DNA of 64,000 nucleotides from an uncultured Gammaproteobacteria bacterium (GCA_963714975.1 CAVQQD010000002.1:256001-320000); one strand, 5' to 3'. Shown: positions 20,520-31,086, numbered from the stretch's first letter. Notes: generated by a model from the sequence alone, not told the origin. Numbers and translations: made by a program.

Positions 20520-21761
20520 ATGCAAGCATTCATTCCTTCTTCATTTACTGTCGAGCAAATCCGCTATGATTTTCCTATCTTGCGGGAAACCATGCATGGG
20601 TTGCCGCTCGTATATTTGGACAATGCTAATACCACCCAAAAACCTATAGCGGTATTGCAAGCCTTAAATGATTACTACTGTGAAAGTAATGCCAATATTC
20701 ATCGTAGTGTTTATGCATTAAGTGAACGTGCGACAGAATTGTATGAAGGAGCGCGCGATAAAATTCAGCAATTCATTCACGCTGCGCATCGCCATGAAAT
20801 TATTTTTGTTAAAGGGGCCACAGAAGCGATTAATCTAGTAGCTCAAAGTTTTGGCAAAGCTCATGTGCAAGCTGGAGATGAGATTCTCATTAGTGCTATG
20901 GAACATCATTCGAATATCGTGCCCTGGCAATGGGTTTGCGAAGAACGCGGTGCGACCCTAAAAGTTATTCCAGTCACTGATGCAGGAGAATTAGATTTAG
21001 ATGCCTATGCGCAACTACTCACTCCCAAAACGCGATTAGTCGCTGTTACCCACATTTCCAATGTATTGGGAACCATCAATCCGGTACAGCGTCTCATCGC
21101 CATGGCGCATGAGCAAAATATTCCAGTATTAATTGATGGCGCACAAGCGACCCCTCACCTATCTGTCGATGTACAAGCATTAGATTGTGATTTTTATGTA
21201 TTTTCCGGCCATAAAATGTATGGCCCCACCGGCATCGGGGTGTTGTATGGCAAGACTGCCTGGCTGGAGTCGATGCCGCCTTATCAAGGTGGGGGTAATA
21301 TGATTGAGCAGGTAAGCTTTGCCAAAACTACTTATAATCGCTTACCTTATAAATTTGAAGCTGGGACTGCTAATATCGCCGCAGTAGTGGGTTTGGGAGC
21401 AGCGGTTGATTATTTAATTCAGTTAGGGTTAGAAAATATTAAGCAGCATGAAGAAGATTTATTGCATTACGCCACAGAAAAATTACGTGAGATATCCGGC
21501 TTGAATATTTTAGGTACCGCAAAAGAAAAATCGGCGATTATTTCGTGGGTGATGAAAGAGGTTCATCCGCATGATATTGGTACGGTATTAGATCAGCGTG
21601 GCGTTGCCGTACGAGTAGGGCATCATTGTGCGATGCCGTTGATGGAGCGTTTTGCAATTCCGGCTACAGTGCGGGTATCGTTTGGTTTGTATAATACCAA
21701 AGCAGAAGTAGATGTTTTGGTAGAGGCGCTGCGCGAAGTACAGAAGTTGTTTAACAATTAA
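20520..21761 (+). CDS. sufS: Cysteine desulfurase SufS
   Basis: YLDNANTTQKP, SGHKMYGP, RVGHHCA. Confidence 0.96.
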   Translation: MQAFIPSSFTVEQIRYDFPILRETMHGLPLVYLDNANTTQKPIAVLQALNDYYCESNANIHRSVYALSERATELYEGARDKIQQFIHAAHRHEIIFVKGATEAINLVAQSFGKAHVQAGDEILISAMEHHSNIVPWQWVCEERGATLKVIPVTDAGELDLDAYAQLLTPKTRLVAVTHISNVLGTINPVQRLIAMAHEQNIPVLIDGAQATPHLSVDVQALDCDFYVFSGHKMYGPTGIGVLYGKTAWLESMPPYQGGGNMIEQVSFAKTTYNRLPYKFEAGTANIAAVVGLGAAVDYLIQLGLENIKQHEEDLLHYATEKLREISGLNILGTAKEKSAIISWVMKEVHPHDIGTVLDQRGVAVRVGHHCAMPLMERFAIPATVRVSFGLYNTKAEVDVLVEALREVQKLFNN

Positions 21762-21763
21762 AA

Positions 21764-21871
21764 TTCTCTCTTGTGGGAGAGGGTTGTCATCCAGATCCCC
21801 TCTCCCCCGCCAAATCCCCCCTTTGAAAAAAGGGGGATTTGTAAGGTGGGAGAGGGTAAGGGAGAGGGGGT
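21764..21871 (+). repeat. REP cluster with one palindrome nested in another
   Basis: CCCTCTCCCCCGCC-[AAATCCCCCCTTTGAAAAAAGGGGGATTT]-..GGGAGAGGGTAAGGGAGAGGGGG. Confidence 0.8.
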
Positions 21872-21874
21872 ATT

Positions 21875-22327
21875 ATGAACTTACACGAACTATACCAAGA
21901 TGTGATCCTCGATCATGGGCGTCGGCCACGAAATTTTGGGGTTTCGGATGGGGCTAATTGCATCAAGGAAGGGTTTAATCCCTTATGTGGTGATCGCTTA
22001 ACGATCTATCTAACGGAAAAAGAGGGGGTTGTGGTCAATGTTAGCTTTCAAGGCAGCGGTTGTGCTATTTCGATGGCTTCTGCGTCATTAATGACAGAAG
22101 CAGTGAAAGGCAAGCCGATTGCCGAAGCAAAACATCTTTTTCAGCAATTTCATCAATTGCTCACCCAGAAAAATGCTGGTCAGGCAGATTGCGTCGGTAA
22201 ATTAAGCGTATTAGCGGGAGTTGCTGAATTTCCGGCTCGAGTAAAATGCGCCACGTTAGCTTGGCATACTTTGATGGGGGCCATTAATCATGAAGCTAAA
22301 CCAGTCACTACGGAGCAAGAAACATGA
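21875..22327 (+). CDS. sufU: SufU/NifU-family scaffold
   Basis: LYQDVILDH, NPLCGD, GCAIS, RVKCATL. Confidence 0.95.
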   Translation: MNLHELYQDVILDHGRRPRNFGVSDGANCIKEGFNPLCGDRLTIYLTEKEGVVVNVSFQGSGCAISMASASLMTEAVKGKPIAEAKHLFQQFHQLLTQKNAGQADCVGKLSVLAGVAEFPARVKCATLAWHTLMGAINHEAKPVTTEQET

Positions 22328-22746
22328 CCATTATTTCCTTCACTGCGCCTGCGCGTGCTTATGTGCAAGCATTCATCAATAAATCACAACCTAATGGTGG
22401 CTTTCGCGTGGCGACCACGAAAAGTGGCTGTTCTGGTTTTAGTTATGTAGTAGATGCTGTTAAAGAACCGCAACCTGGTGACGTATGTTTGGAAGATGAG
22501 CTGCGAATTTTTATCGATCCGAATTGCATTGAAATCATTCGCGGGATGGTGATTTCTTTAGAAGAAAAGGCAGGTGGGCAAAAACAATTAGTTTTTCGTA
22601 ATCCCAATGCAGAACATTTCTGTGGTTGTGGCGAAAGTTTTACCGTAGCTCCCTCTCCCCCGCCCGAGCGAGGGAAGGTGAGAGAGCTCGATTCAGAATC
22701 CCTCTCCCCCGCCCGAGCGCCAGCGAGGGAAGGTGGGAGAGGGTAG
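22324..22746 (+). CDS. sufA: SufA/IscA (HesB) carrier with REP-derived C-terminal tail
   Basis: SGCSG, CGCGESF; the tail APSPPPERG...EGGRG is encoded by repeats. Confidence 0.88.
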   Translation: MTIISFTAPARAYVQAFINKSQPNGGFRVATTKSGCSGFSYVVDAVKEPQPGDVCLEDELRIFIDPNCIEIIRGMVISLEEKAGGQKQLVFRNPNAEHFCGCGESFTVAPSPPPERGKVRELDSESLSPARAPAREGGRG

Positions 22747-22757
22747 GGAGAGGGGGT
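22651..22757 (+). repeat. Tandem REP elements (CCCTCTCCCCCGCCCGAGCG family)
   Basis: Two copies; related to 43140-43188 and 49838-49897. Confidence 0.85.
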
Positions 22758-22763
22758 CTTAAT

Positions 22764-23300
22764 ATGTCCGAAAATATCCTCGTACTATCCCGTGATGTTG
22801 ATGCCTTACTCATTCCTTCTGGTGCCCCGATTTATTTACAAAAAGGCACTGAGGTAATCATTACCCAGGATTTAGGAGAGACTTATACGGTTAATATTTA
22901 CGGTAATTTAGCCCGCATTTCTGGTAAAGACGCTGACGCTTTGGGAAAGCAGCCCAGTGTTTTAAAGACGGAATTACCTGCCGGCATGAGTTTAGAAGAA
23001 GCCATTTGGGAACAATTAAAAACTTGTTTTGATCCAGAAATTCCCGTCAATATTGTTGACCTGGGCTTAATTTATGATTGCAGAATAATCACGCAAGCGG
23101 AGGATCAACATCAGGTTGAAATTACCATGACCCTCACTGCCCCAGGCTGTGGTATGGGTCCGGTATTAGCAGGTGATATTAAGCAAAAAATTCGCAGCTT
23201 ACCGACGGTGCAAGAAGTTCAAGTGGAGGTGATATTTGACCCTCCTTGGGATCGTGAACGAATGTCAGATGCCGCCAAATTACAATTAGGTATGCTATAG
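22764..23300 (+). CDS. sufT: SufT (DUF59) Fe-S assembly protein
   Basis: [35 protein letters not shown]; likely start ATG 22764. Confidence 0.93.
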   Translation: MSENILVLSRDVDALLIPSGAPIYLQKGTEVIITQDLGETYTVNIYGNLARISGKDADALGKQPSVLKTELPAGMSLEEAIWEQLKTCFDPEIPVNIVDLGLIYDCRIITQAEDQHQVEITMTLTAPGCGMGPVLAGDIKQKIRSLPTVQEVQVEVIFDPPWDRERMSDAAKLQLGML

Positions 23301-23307
23301 GAACTCT

Positions 23308-24918
23308 ATGAACCACGAACAACCCTCTGCATTTTCTCCGGTGCGCGGCAATATTCATGGCCAACGCATTTTGATCCTGGATTTTGGTTCGCAATATACC
23401 CAGTTGATTGCTCGCCGCGTGCGTGAATGTGGTGTGTATTGTGAAATTTTTGCACCCACCGTATCACCTGAGGCCATTGAACAAGTGGCTCCAGATGGCA
23501 TTATTCTTTCTGGGGGACCAGAAACAGTGACTGCCACTGCAACCTCGCGTGCCCCGCAAATCGTGTTTGAATTAGGTTGTCCGGTATTAGGGATTTGCTA
23601 TGGAATGCAAACTATGGCAACTCAACTGGGAGGTGAGGTGATTTCTGCCCTAGGCTCGGAATTTGGCCATGCTCAAATTGAAGTGCATGGCCATTCTGGA
23701 TTATTGCGGGATATAGAAGATCATTTTGCCGAGAATAATGTCGCCCTACTTGATGTATGGATGAGTCACGCCGATCAAGTGCAGCGCTTGCCTGCGGGTT
23801 TTGTCTCAATTGCCAGCACTAAAAATTGCTCAGTGGCTGGGATGGCCAATGAAGAGCGACGTTTTTATGGCTTGCAGTTCCATCCTGAGGTTACCCATAC
23901 CCGCCAAGGGATGCGTATTTTAGCGCGATTTATCCATGAAATTTGTGGTTGTGATGGGTTGTGGACCGCCCAAAATATTATTGAAGAGCGTATTCAGTAT
24001 CTTCAAGAACAAGTGGGGCGCGATCGAGTATTGCTTGGCATGTCGGGTGGGGTTGATTCTAGCGTAGTTGCTGCTTTATTACATAAGGCTATTGGCCAGC
24101 AATTGATTTGTATCTTGGTGGATACTGGATTATTACGTGCTGGAGAGGCAGAGCAAGTCGTGCAGGCCTTTCGCCAACATTTTGGCATTGACATCATCAG
24201 GATCGATGCGCACCAGCAATTTTTCCAAGCTTTGGCCGGCATTTCGGACCCAGAAGAAAAGCGTAAGATAATTGGTCGAGAATTTGTTCGAATATTTGAA
24301 GCCGAAGCAGCAAAATTTAAGGAGGTAAAATGGTTGGCACAAGGGACCATTTATCCCGATGTCATTGAATCAGCTGGTGCTAAAACCGGAAAAGCACAGG
24401 TCATTAAATCGCACCATAATGTGGGCGGTTTGCCAGCGCACATGCAACTCTCTTTGCTTGAACCACTCCGTGAATTATTCAAAGATGAAGTAAGAAAAAT
24501 TGGTTTGGAAATGGGCCTGCCTTATGATTTAGTTTATCGCCATCCCTTTCCTGGTCCTGGTTTAGCAGTGCGGATTTTAGGAGAAGTTAAACCGGAGTTC
24601 GTGGAAATTTTGCGACAGGCCGATGCGATTTTTATGGAGGAGTTACGGCAGGCAGATTGGTACTATAAAATTAGCCAGGCATTTGCGGTATTTTTACCAG
24701 TGAAATCGGTGGGTGTTGCGGGTGATGCGCGTAAATACGAATATGTGATTGCTTTGCGGGCTGTGGAAACGGTTGATTTTATGACAGCCCACTGGGTCGA
24801 ATTACCCTATACCTTACTGCATCAGATTTCTCAACGCATCCTCAATGAGGTGTCGCGTATTTCCAGAGTCGTTTATGATGTTTCCGAAAAACCCCCCGCC
24901 ACCATTGAGTGGGAGTGA
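23308..24918 (+). CDS. guaA: GMP synthase
   Basis: [37 protein letters not shown]. Confidence 0.98.
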   Translation: MNHEQPSAFSPVRGNIHGQRILILDFGSQYTQLIARRVRECGVYCEIFAPTVSPEAIEQVAPDGIILSGGPETVTATATSRAPQIVFELGCPVLGICYGMQTMATQLGGEVISALGSEFGHAQIEVHGHSGLLRDIEDHFAENNVALLDVWMSHADQVQRLPAGFVSIASTKNCSVAGMANEERRFYGLQFHPEVTHTRQGMRILARFIHEICGCDGLWTAQNIIEERIQYLQEQVGRDRVLLGMSGGVDSSVVAALLHKAIGQQLICILVDTGLLRAGEAEQVVQAFRQHFGIDIIRIDAHQQFFQALAGISDPEEKRKIIGREFVRIFEAEAAKFKEVKWLAQGTIYPDVIESAGAKTGKAQVIKSHHNVGGLPAHMQLSLLEPLRELFKDEVRKIGLEMGLPYDLVYRHPFPGPGLAVRILGEVKPEFVEILRQADAIFMEELRQADWYYKISQAFAVFLPVKSVGVAGDARKYEYVIALRAVETVDFMTAHWVELPYTLLHQISQRILNEVSRISRVVYDVSEKPPATIEWE

Positions 24919-25528
24919 CGAGGGAATTCCCGCTGAAGCCCTAGCTCCGACGGGTCCTGCCGCTGCAGCACCCCAGTGTGCTCATAACTTCAAGGAGGCT
25001 GGCCTCCTTGAAGTTATTGCGCGCGCTGGGGTCCCCGCTTGCGCGTCACCCGTCGGTCAAATTACTACAGAGCGGGCTATTATCGACCAACATTGGATGC
25101 AGCAAGCACTTAGTCTCGCACGCCAAGCGGCGACAGTGAACGAAGTGCCAGTAGGTGCTGTGTTGGTGCATGAAAATCAACTGATAGGTGCAGGCTGGAA
25201 TCAACCGATTACCCACTGCGATCCTACTGCCCATGCAGAAATTGTCGCACTTCGTGCTGGAGCGATCGCGCACGGGAACTATCGATTACTCAATACTACG
25301 CTGTACGTGACCCTTGAGCCTTGCGCCATGTGTGTGGGCGCCTTGCTGCAAGCTCGGATCCGGCGCCTGGTTTTTGCTGCCTTAGATCCGAAGGCAGGTG
25401 CAGTCGCCAGTGTTTTTCACCTATTAGATACGCGGCAATTAAATCATCGCATTGATTGGGAGGGTGGCTGCTTGGCGGAAGAAAGCCGTATGATTTTACA
25501 AGGCTTTTTTCAAGCTCGGCGGGGTTGA
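24905..25528 (+). CDS. tadA: tRNA adenosine(34) deaminase; start uncertain
   Basis: [18 protein letters not shown]; N-terminal region occupied by a palindrome. Confidence 0.92.
   Translation: MSGSDEGIPAEALAPTGPAAAAPQCAHNFKEAGLLEVIARAGVPACASPVGQITTERAIIDQHWMQQALSLARQAATVNEVPVGAVLVHENQLIGAGWNQPITHCDPTAHAEIVALRAGAIAHGNYRLLNTTLYVTLEPCAMCVGALLQARIRRLVFAALDPKAGAVASVFHLLDTRQLNHRIDWEGGCLAEESRMILQGFFQARRG
24948..25056. repeat. Long palindromic element between guaA and the tadA core
   Basis: CCGACGGGT..ACCCCAG..ATAACTTCAAGGAGG-ctgg-CCTCCTTGAAGTTAT..CTGGGGT..ACCCGTCGG. Confidence 0.8.
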
Positions 25529-25567
25529 GTCACCCCTCTACATACGATATGCTGCAGGTCATAAAAA

Positions 25568-25720
25568 TCCTTCTCCCCTGGTGGGAGAAGGTGCCCGAAA
25601 GGGCGGATGAGGGATAAACTTCAAACCAGCAATGAGCATTTGATTAGCTAAATGCTAACTGCTGCTTACCCCTCACCCGCGCGCCTTAGGCACGGCGGCC
25701 TCTCCCCCAAGAGGAGAGGC
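25568..25720 (+). repeat. REP-doublet (REPIN/MITE-like) element, full copy
   Basis: TCCTTCTCCCCTGGTGGGAGAAGG...CCTCTCCCCCAAGAGGAGAGGC; matches the 11081 and 39575 copies. Confidence 0.88.
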
Positions 25721-25757
25721 AAAATCGTGATGAATATAATAATAATAAGGATCCAAT

Positions 25758-27764
25758 ATGTCCCAGGAGCAAAAACAATCTCCGCAATTTACCTTCACTT
25801 TACCTACGCAATTTATTACCTGCCCCATTACTCACGAAATTTATGTTGATCCGGTCATGTTAGATGATGGGATCATCTATGAACGAAAAGCTGCAATTAA
25901 GTGGTTCGAGGAGAATTCAGAACCACCAGTCATCGGACCCTCAGGAAAAGAGCTAAAAAATAAGGAAATGGTGGCTAATATTGGATTGCGTGATGCTATC
26001 AGCAGTTTTCCTCAAGCGGCTGCCAAATGGCAGCAAGAGCTGGAAAAGTTACAGAAAATGCAAGAAGAATTGCAAAATTTCAACCAGCAGTTCGCACAAG
26101 AAATGGGGGGGGCAAACGGAGAGTCAAAAGAAAAAGTAATTTCAGAAGAAAAATTGCCTCATCCTCTGGAAGAAAAAATTTTATTTTTCCAAAAAGTTGA
26201 ACCCTTAAATACATTTTTACAGAAGATTAAAGCAAGTTGTGAGGCATTAGAACAAATTGTACCGGAGGGATTTCTTTGCCCAATTACACATTTGCCGATG
26301 GAGAATCCCCAAGTGTTACCTGATGGCCATAGTTTTGAGAAAACAGCCATTGAAGCATGGATTAACGAAAAAAATCCTGGTGCTACTTCTCCTCTCACTC
26401 GATTGTCAATAACTCATGATGCTTTAAAAGCCAACCCTTGTCTGCAATTGGTTATCAAAGAAGTTTCTTTGCAACTACAATCAGCGAAAGCATCTCAGTT
26501 AAAGGTAATTGATGAGTTGTTAGATAAGATACATGCAAACTATCTCTTAAAAAATAACGCGTTGTTTCGTGCGGGGGAAAAATACTATCAATTATTTCAA
26601 TATCGCGCTGCCTTACCTTTGTTATTAGAAGTAGCCAAGATCCCGCATCCCAGAGCGTATGCTTATTTAGGGACGATTTATACTGTGGCTGGTTTTGGAG
26701 TGCGACAGCATCTACCCACAGCTCGTTATTATTATTCCCTGGCAAGAGAGATTGCGCATTTTATTAGCACTGCTGCTCCTACATTACAACAATTTACTAG
26801 CACTGATGCTCCCATGTTAAAACAATTATTTATAGCACACGCCACGATGGGAGATCCTGCTGCGCAAACTGAATGGGCAATTTATGCTGAATTTAAAGAC
26901 CCCAAGCTGGCTGTGGAAAAATATCGGCTTGCTTGTGAGCAGAATCACCCCGGCGCTTTAAATCGATTAGCCTGGTGCCATCGCTATGGAACGGGTGGAA
27001 CCGAAATTAATTTAGAAACTGCTACGAAGTTGTGGCGACGTGCTGCAAAAGCTGGACATAGTGTGGCGCAAAATGAATTGGGAGAATGCTATGAAGAGGG
27101 ACAGGGTGTCACGAAAAATTTGAAACGAGCAGTTTCTTGGTATCGAAAGGCGGCGAAGCTAGACAATGCTAATGCGCAAAAAAATTTAGCACGTTGTCTT
27201 GAAAAAGGTATAGGAACAACCCAAAATTTAATTGAGGCAGTGCAATGGTATGAGCGGGCCGCATTGCAAATTCCGCTAAGCACGGTTGCAGATCAAGCTT
27301 GGCTGCCTGCGATATTGCGTTATTATCACTTATCTTGTGGTAGCCTGGAACCGGAATGGGATCTTTTGGAAAATCATCGATCGCTCTTAAGCAGAATTCC
27401 AGTAAATGAAGAAAAAGCACTGAGTATTAAGGCCAATGAATTACTACAATCTGCAGTTGCTGGCGATGCTATTGCGCAATGTTTACTCGCAGATCATTAT
27501 TTGGCTGCGCGAGATTATTCGCAAGCGATTTCTTGGTACGCGAAAGCGGCCGAACAAGGCAACTCAGCAGCAAAGAAAATGTATGCAATTGTTTTGGCGT
27601 CTCAGCACGAGTTAACACAAGAGTTGGAATTTAAGCAATTTTTAGCACTATTAACGCAATTCCCTCTCGTGGTACAGCAATTAATTTTTGCTTATTGCTG
27701 CTCCGAAGAGCAAGGCACAGCAATAATTTCCCCCTTTGAAAAAGGGGGATTAAGGGGGATTTAA
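25758..27764 (+). CDS. Effector candidate with two U-box domains and Sel1 repeats
   Basis: FITCPITHEIYVDPV..YER..W and FLCPITHLPMENP..GHSFE..W; AQNELGECYEEGQGV-type repeats. Confidence 0.88.
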   Translation: MSQEQKQSPQFTFTLPTQFITCPITHEIYVDPVMLDDGIIYERKAAIKWFEENSEPPVIGPSGKELKNKEMVANIGLRDAISSFPQAAAKWQQELEKLQKMQEELQNFNQQFAQEMGGANGESKEKVISEEKLPHPLEEKILFFQKVEPLNTFLQKIKASCEALEQIVPEGFLCPITHLPMENPQVLPDGHSFEKTAIEAWINEKNPGATSPLTRLSITHDALKANPCLQLVIKEVSLQLQSAKASQLKVIDELLDKIHANYLLKNNALFRAGEKYYQLFQYRAALPLLLEVAKIPHPRAYAYLGTIYTVAGFGVRQHLPTARYYYSLAREIAHFISTAAPTLQQFTSTDAPMLKQLFIAHATMGDPAAQTEWAIYAEFKDPKLAVEKYRLACEQNHPGALNRLAWCHRYGTGGTEINLETATKLWRRAAKAGHSVAQNELGECYEEGQGVTKNLKRAVSWYRKAAKLDNANAQKNLARCLEKGIGTTQNLIEAVQWYERAALQIPLSTVADQAWLPAILRYYHLSCGSLEPEWDLLENHRSLLSRIPVNEEKALSIKANELLQSAVAGDAIAQCLLADHYLAARDYSQAISWYAKAAEQGNSAAKKMYAIVLASQHELTQELEFKQFLALLTQFPLVVQQLIFAYCCSEEQGTAIISPFEKGGLRGI

Positions 27765-27765
27765 A
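27723..27765 (+). repeat. CCCCCTTT..AAAGGGGG-family REP, supplies the gene end
   Basis: Near reverse complement of 62602-62644; related copies near 21812, 27813 and 40290. Confidence 0.82.
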
Positions 27766-27900
27766 GAGATATTGTGTACTACGAAAATAATGTAAGTATC
27801 CTGATCTTTTTAAATTTCTCCTAATCTCCTTTCCCGAAGGGAGGGATTATTTTTGTCACCTATAGAGATCTTGAGTAAACAGCGCGTTGGCTTTGCATAG

Positions 27901-27933
27901 GTTAATATTCACTGAAGTAAAGCCAGGTAAACT
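27901..27933 (+). promoter_or_regulatory. PmrA-type box plus -10
   Basis: GTTAATATT-ca-CTGAAGTAA-N7-TAAACT. Confidence 0.6.
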
Positions 27934-27991
27934 ACCATGGATTGCACAGAGCAATTCTTAATGGAAACATAAAGAGTATGAGGCCCGTCTT

Positions 27992-28555
27992 ATGTCTATA
28001 GAAAGTGCGAAAATCTTTGTCAAGAAAACTGCTGGGCTTGGGTTAGCGACAGCGAGTAGCATCTGGATTATTGCTGGCTTTTCCAATTTGTACAGTCAGT
28101 ACAGCGCTTCTGGATCGATCATTGACCCAGGAGATTGTTTTTTGCGCTGGGAAATTGCTGACACTGTTTTCATGTTAACGTTCTTAACTATTATGCTATC
28201 CTCTTTTTACTTTTGCTTAGCTCCTCGAGGTATGTGGGAATGTCCTGAGGCTCCTTATGAAGCCAAAACTTCGCAGGTTACAATGACAAAAATCGTTGGA
28301 AGTGGATTAGTTGGCGCATTTGTTGGTTGGTTGACTGGGTCTTCGATAAATTACTATAGTGCACATAGTCTATTTGATAGGGCGGAAATAATTATGGATG
28401 ATTATGTAGGATCGGAAGTCAGTCGAGATGCGCTGATTGGAGCTGTATTATTTATGACTGTCAGTATAATTTATTATGCTTGGAACGCATACAAAAAGGG
28501 GAGCGAGTCGCAGACTGATCTTACAACCCAAGAGCCCCAGCCCCCTTGCTGTTAA
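27992..28555 (+). CDS. Hypothetical 4-TM protein ending in CC
   Basis: Four hydrophobic segments; tail PQPPCC*. Confidence 0.7.
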   Translation: MSIESAKIFVKKTAGLGLATASSIWIIAGFSNLYSQYSASGSIIDPGDCFLRWEIADTVFMLTFLTIMLSSFYFCLAPRGMWECPEAPYEAKTSQVTMTKIVGSGLVGAFVGWLTGSSINYYSAHSLFDRAEIIMDDYVGSEVSRDALIGAVLFMTVSIIYYAWNAYKKGSESQTDLTTQEPQPPCC

Positions 28556-28583
28556 TATTTCCTGCAGTTTCATGGGGTATTCT
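28551..28583 (+). promoter_or_regulatory. PmrA-like box plus -10
   Basis: GTTAATATT-tc-CTGCAGTTT-N7-TATTCT. Confidence 0.5.
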
Positions 28584-28662
28584 GTTATTAATTATTCAAG
28601 CGATTAACCATCCAGGCAAAGATGGTGTGTTTCCATTAAAACAATTGGCGAGGTTTAAACTA

Positions 28663-29637
28663 ATGAGTACTCAATCCACCAGTCCTGAAAGTAAAACCAC
28701 TTTAGATGATAAACGAAAATTTGTTGGCATCATGCGGCAAGTTTCCATGGTGTTGACCGAGGGAAGGCGGACAGAATATGACCCGGATTCCATTGAGGGC
28801 CTCTTAGAGGCTGAAGCAAACTCAGAAGACTACGACGACACAACGATAATAGATGGGGATGGTTTTACCGCGAAAGAGGTGGAGGATGTAGCGCGGCAAA
28901 TTTTAGAAGCTGTACGAAAAAAAGAAGGCAACTTGGATAGTCATAACAAAAGAAGAACCGCAAGCGAGCTTTGCGAGTTCGTTTCTGCAGGGCTGGATAA
29001 ATGCTTTCACACATCACACAGCTGCAACTTACTGGACTTACGCGGTGACCCTTCTTTCCCAAAGGTATCTTCATTATCTGAAGCTGAGCTTGATACTGCG
29101 ATGCAGAAGATAGATACGTTTTTTGGTCAGAAACAAATAAGTAACAGCTTGGGCAAATTAAATCAGTCATGCAATAGGACACCAACGCGACCTAGTGAGG
29201 TTAAAGCAGAGACCCCATCGGCTAAGCAGCAGCACCTGGGAAGAAAAGTGGTAGGCATTGTAAAAGAACAAAATGATGAGGATGCACCTCCCACTTTTTG
29301 GAACTATTTCGCTTTTGGTTGTGTCCTCGAAGTGTTGGCTTTTGCTGGGACGTGTGTGGCGATGGAGCCCGGGGCATTTGTTGATTTCCTAAGGCCGTCT
29401 GGCGATTTCGTAGGTTTAATTCAGGGAGCAAGCAATCCTTCTGTGGGCGATATTATTGGAAACAACCTAACTACAGGTACGGGAATTTTTGCCACCATTT
29501 TAGTGGGGATGGCGCTACTCACTTTGGCGGCCAATTGGGCAGCTCGAAGGCATTATGAAACATATGATCCTAAAGACTCTACTTGTAACAACATACGTGC
29601 GGCATTTGGCTGTGGTAGCGGTCAAGGGTCAAGTTGA
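28663..29637 (+). CDS. Hypothetical effector candidate with C-terminal TM hairpin
   Basis: SD gaggt before ATG 28663; acidic N-half; two C-terminal hydrophobic segments. Confidence 0.7.
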   Translation: MSTQSTSPESKTTLDDKRKFVGIMRQVSMVLTEGRRTEYDPDSIEGLLEAEANSEDYDDTTIIDGDGFTAKEVEDVARQILEAVRKKEGNLDSHNKRRTASELCEFVSAGLDKCFHTSHSCNLLDLRGDPSFPKVSSLSEAELDTAMQKIDTFFGQKQISNSLGKLNQSCNRTPTRPSEVKAETPSAKQQHLGRKVVGIVKEQNDEDAPPTFWNYFAFGCVLEVLAFAGTCVAMEPGAFVDFLRPSGDFVGLIQGASNPSVGDIIGNNLTTGTGIFATILVGMALLTLAANWAARRHYETYDPKDSTCNNIRAAFGCGSGQGSS

Positions 29638-29667
29638 ACAACAGCTGAGGCTTGCGTACAATTCCTT

Positions 29668-29717
29668 CTCCCACAAGGGGAGAAGGAAAATCTACCCACT
29701 CGATTCTACATAGAACC
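29668..29717 (+). repeat. 50-bp exact duplicate of 59-108 (REP half plus possible IS end)
   Basis: CTCCCACAAGGGGAGAAGGAAAATCTACCCACTCGATTCTACATAGAACC occurs at both sites. Confidence 0.85.
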
Positions 29718-29764
29718 GGGGGATAAAACTTCAAGATTTCGATTGGAAATCTCAGACTGATAAA

Positions 29765-30565
29765 TTGCGAGAGCAACTCAAGCCCCCTATTGAATTACCA
29801 ACCGCTAGCAAAACCTATGAAGATTGGGACCCTTCGCATAGCGGCCAAAATATCAGATATCACAAGCCTTTTCCCCGTACTCGGGCTTTGTTCCAGGACA
29901 AAGCTTCATTACGCGAGTTATTTTTTTCCAATGATCATGATCGCGCTGCAAGTAAGGGAGAAGGTTTGGCACGACCGGAATGGGAGGCTTGGTGTCAGAA
30001 TGAACGCCCACTCTTTGCCAATACCCGCGCCTTTTTTAATGGCAATCTCAATCCACAACGCGCCCAACTTAAACAGGCGATCGATCAACTTCATGCAGCA
30101 ATACTCCAGCATCCTGAGTACCAATCAGCAGTAAAATTATTCTTGGATCAAATTGGAGTTCTTAGTATTCAGGCTGATTATAAAGATTTTGAGAGGTTAA
30201 TCGCTACCGTGAAACAGGTGACTGCTAAGGTGCAAAGCGAGAAGTCAAAGTTACCCGACTTAATTGCTCAATTGCGAATCAATCGTTATTGGGAGCGGGC
30301 AGGTGAAACATTCGCTGCGTGCTTTGGTTTGGCTGCTTTTTTAACCTTTACCAATACCTGCTTGTTGCTTGCCGATTTAAAGACACCCATTGATATGGAC
30401 CTCACTCGCACGGCCGATTTATCGCACTATTCACTAACTGCGGTGGGCGCCAGCATTGGCTTATTAATGCTCAGTATTTATGCTAATAAACTTTTTAGTG
30501 CTAAAACTGAAGTATTAGAAACACAGCTCGAAGCAATTGATCGTTTTCAGAGCGAAGTCAAGTAA
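29765..30565 (+). CDS. Hypothetical coiled-coil protein with C-terminal TM hairpin (possibly 5' truncated)
   Basis: TTG start without a clear SD, right after the repeat; two TM segments. Confidence 0.55.
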   Translation: MREQLKPPIELPTASKTYEDWDPSHSGQNIRYHKPFPRTRALFQDKASLRELFFSNDHDRAASKGEGLARPEWEAWCQNERPLFANTRAFFNGNLNPQRAQLKQAIDQLHAAILQHPEYQSAVKLFLDQIGVLSIQADYKDFERLIATVKQVTAKVQSEKSKLPDLIAQLRINRYWERAGETFAACFGLAAFLTFTNTCLLLADLKTPIDMDLTRTADLSHYSLTAVGASIGLLMLSIYANKLFSAKTEVLETQLEAIDRFQSEVK

Positions 30566-30606
30566 AGCAGCCTGGATTCGCCTATTCCCCAAATCATTGA
30601 TGAATC

Positions 30607-31047
30607 TTAGGGACCGGAGAATTGGCAATTCTGGCCCCGATAAGCATAGCAGAGAAAATTATCGCTTTGGCGGTCTAACCACCAGTTGGTTTGGGTGAGC
30701 AGCGCATCAAATGAATTTCTATTTTGGATAATAAATAAGCCATTCTCTGCGTCAGGACCAACTGCATACAAGCAGAGGGTGTGAACCACATGCGCGTGAT
30801 ATCCGTCTGAATCAAAAGAAGCGTGTGGTGCATGAAGCCTGGCGCTCGAAAAAGAAACGGGGCCCAATGCAGTGATGGGTATATTGTCTCCCGAATAACT
30901 AAAGGGAACAGGAGGTATCACAGTAAATGTCCCGTTCGTTTGCTGTGTCACCGTGATTGAGTTAGGTGGTGGACAATCTGCAAAGCCGTGAGTTGTCGTC
31001 AGTAATCCTGAAATAACCACGAACAATAGTGAAAAGCATTTTTTCAT
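30607..31047 (-). CDS. Secreted Cys-containing hypothetical protein
   Basis: Signal peptide then DCPPP; four Cys in the mature part; SD ggag. Confidence 0.7.
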   Translation of the reverse strand: MKKCFSLLFVVISGLLTTTHGFADCPPPNSITVTQQTNGTFTVIPPVPFSYSGDNIPITALGPVSFSSARLHAPHASFDSDGYHAHVVHTLCLYAVGPDAENGLFIIQNRNSFDALLTQTNWWLDRQSDNFLCYAYRGQNCQFSGP

Positions 31048-31086
31048 TTAGAATCACTCCAGAGTCAAAAATTTCTTACTAATAGC

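Noticed and set aside
22626-22763. N-terminal extension of SufT in the ORF track
   Set aside because: It is translated REP sequence; ATG 22764 fits the family
25652-25849. 65-aa ORF
   Set aside because: Mostly repeat-derived and overlaps the U-box gene out of frame
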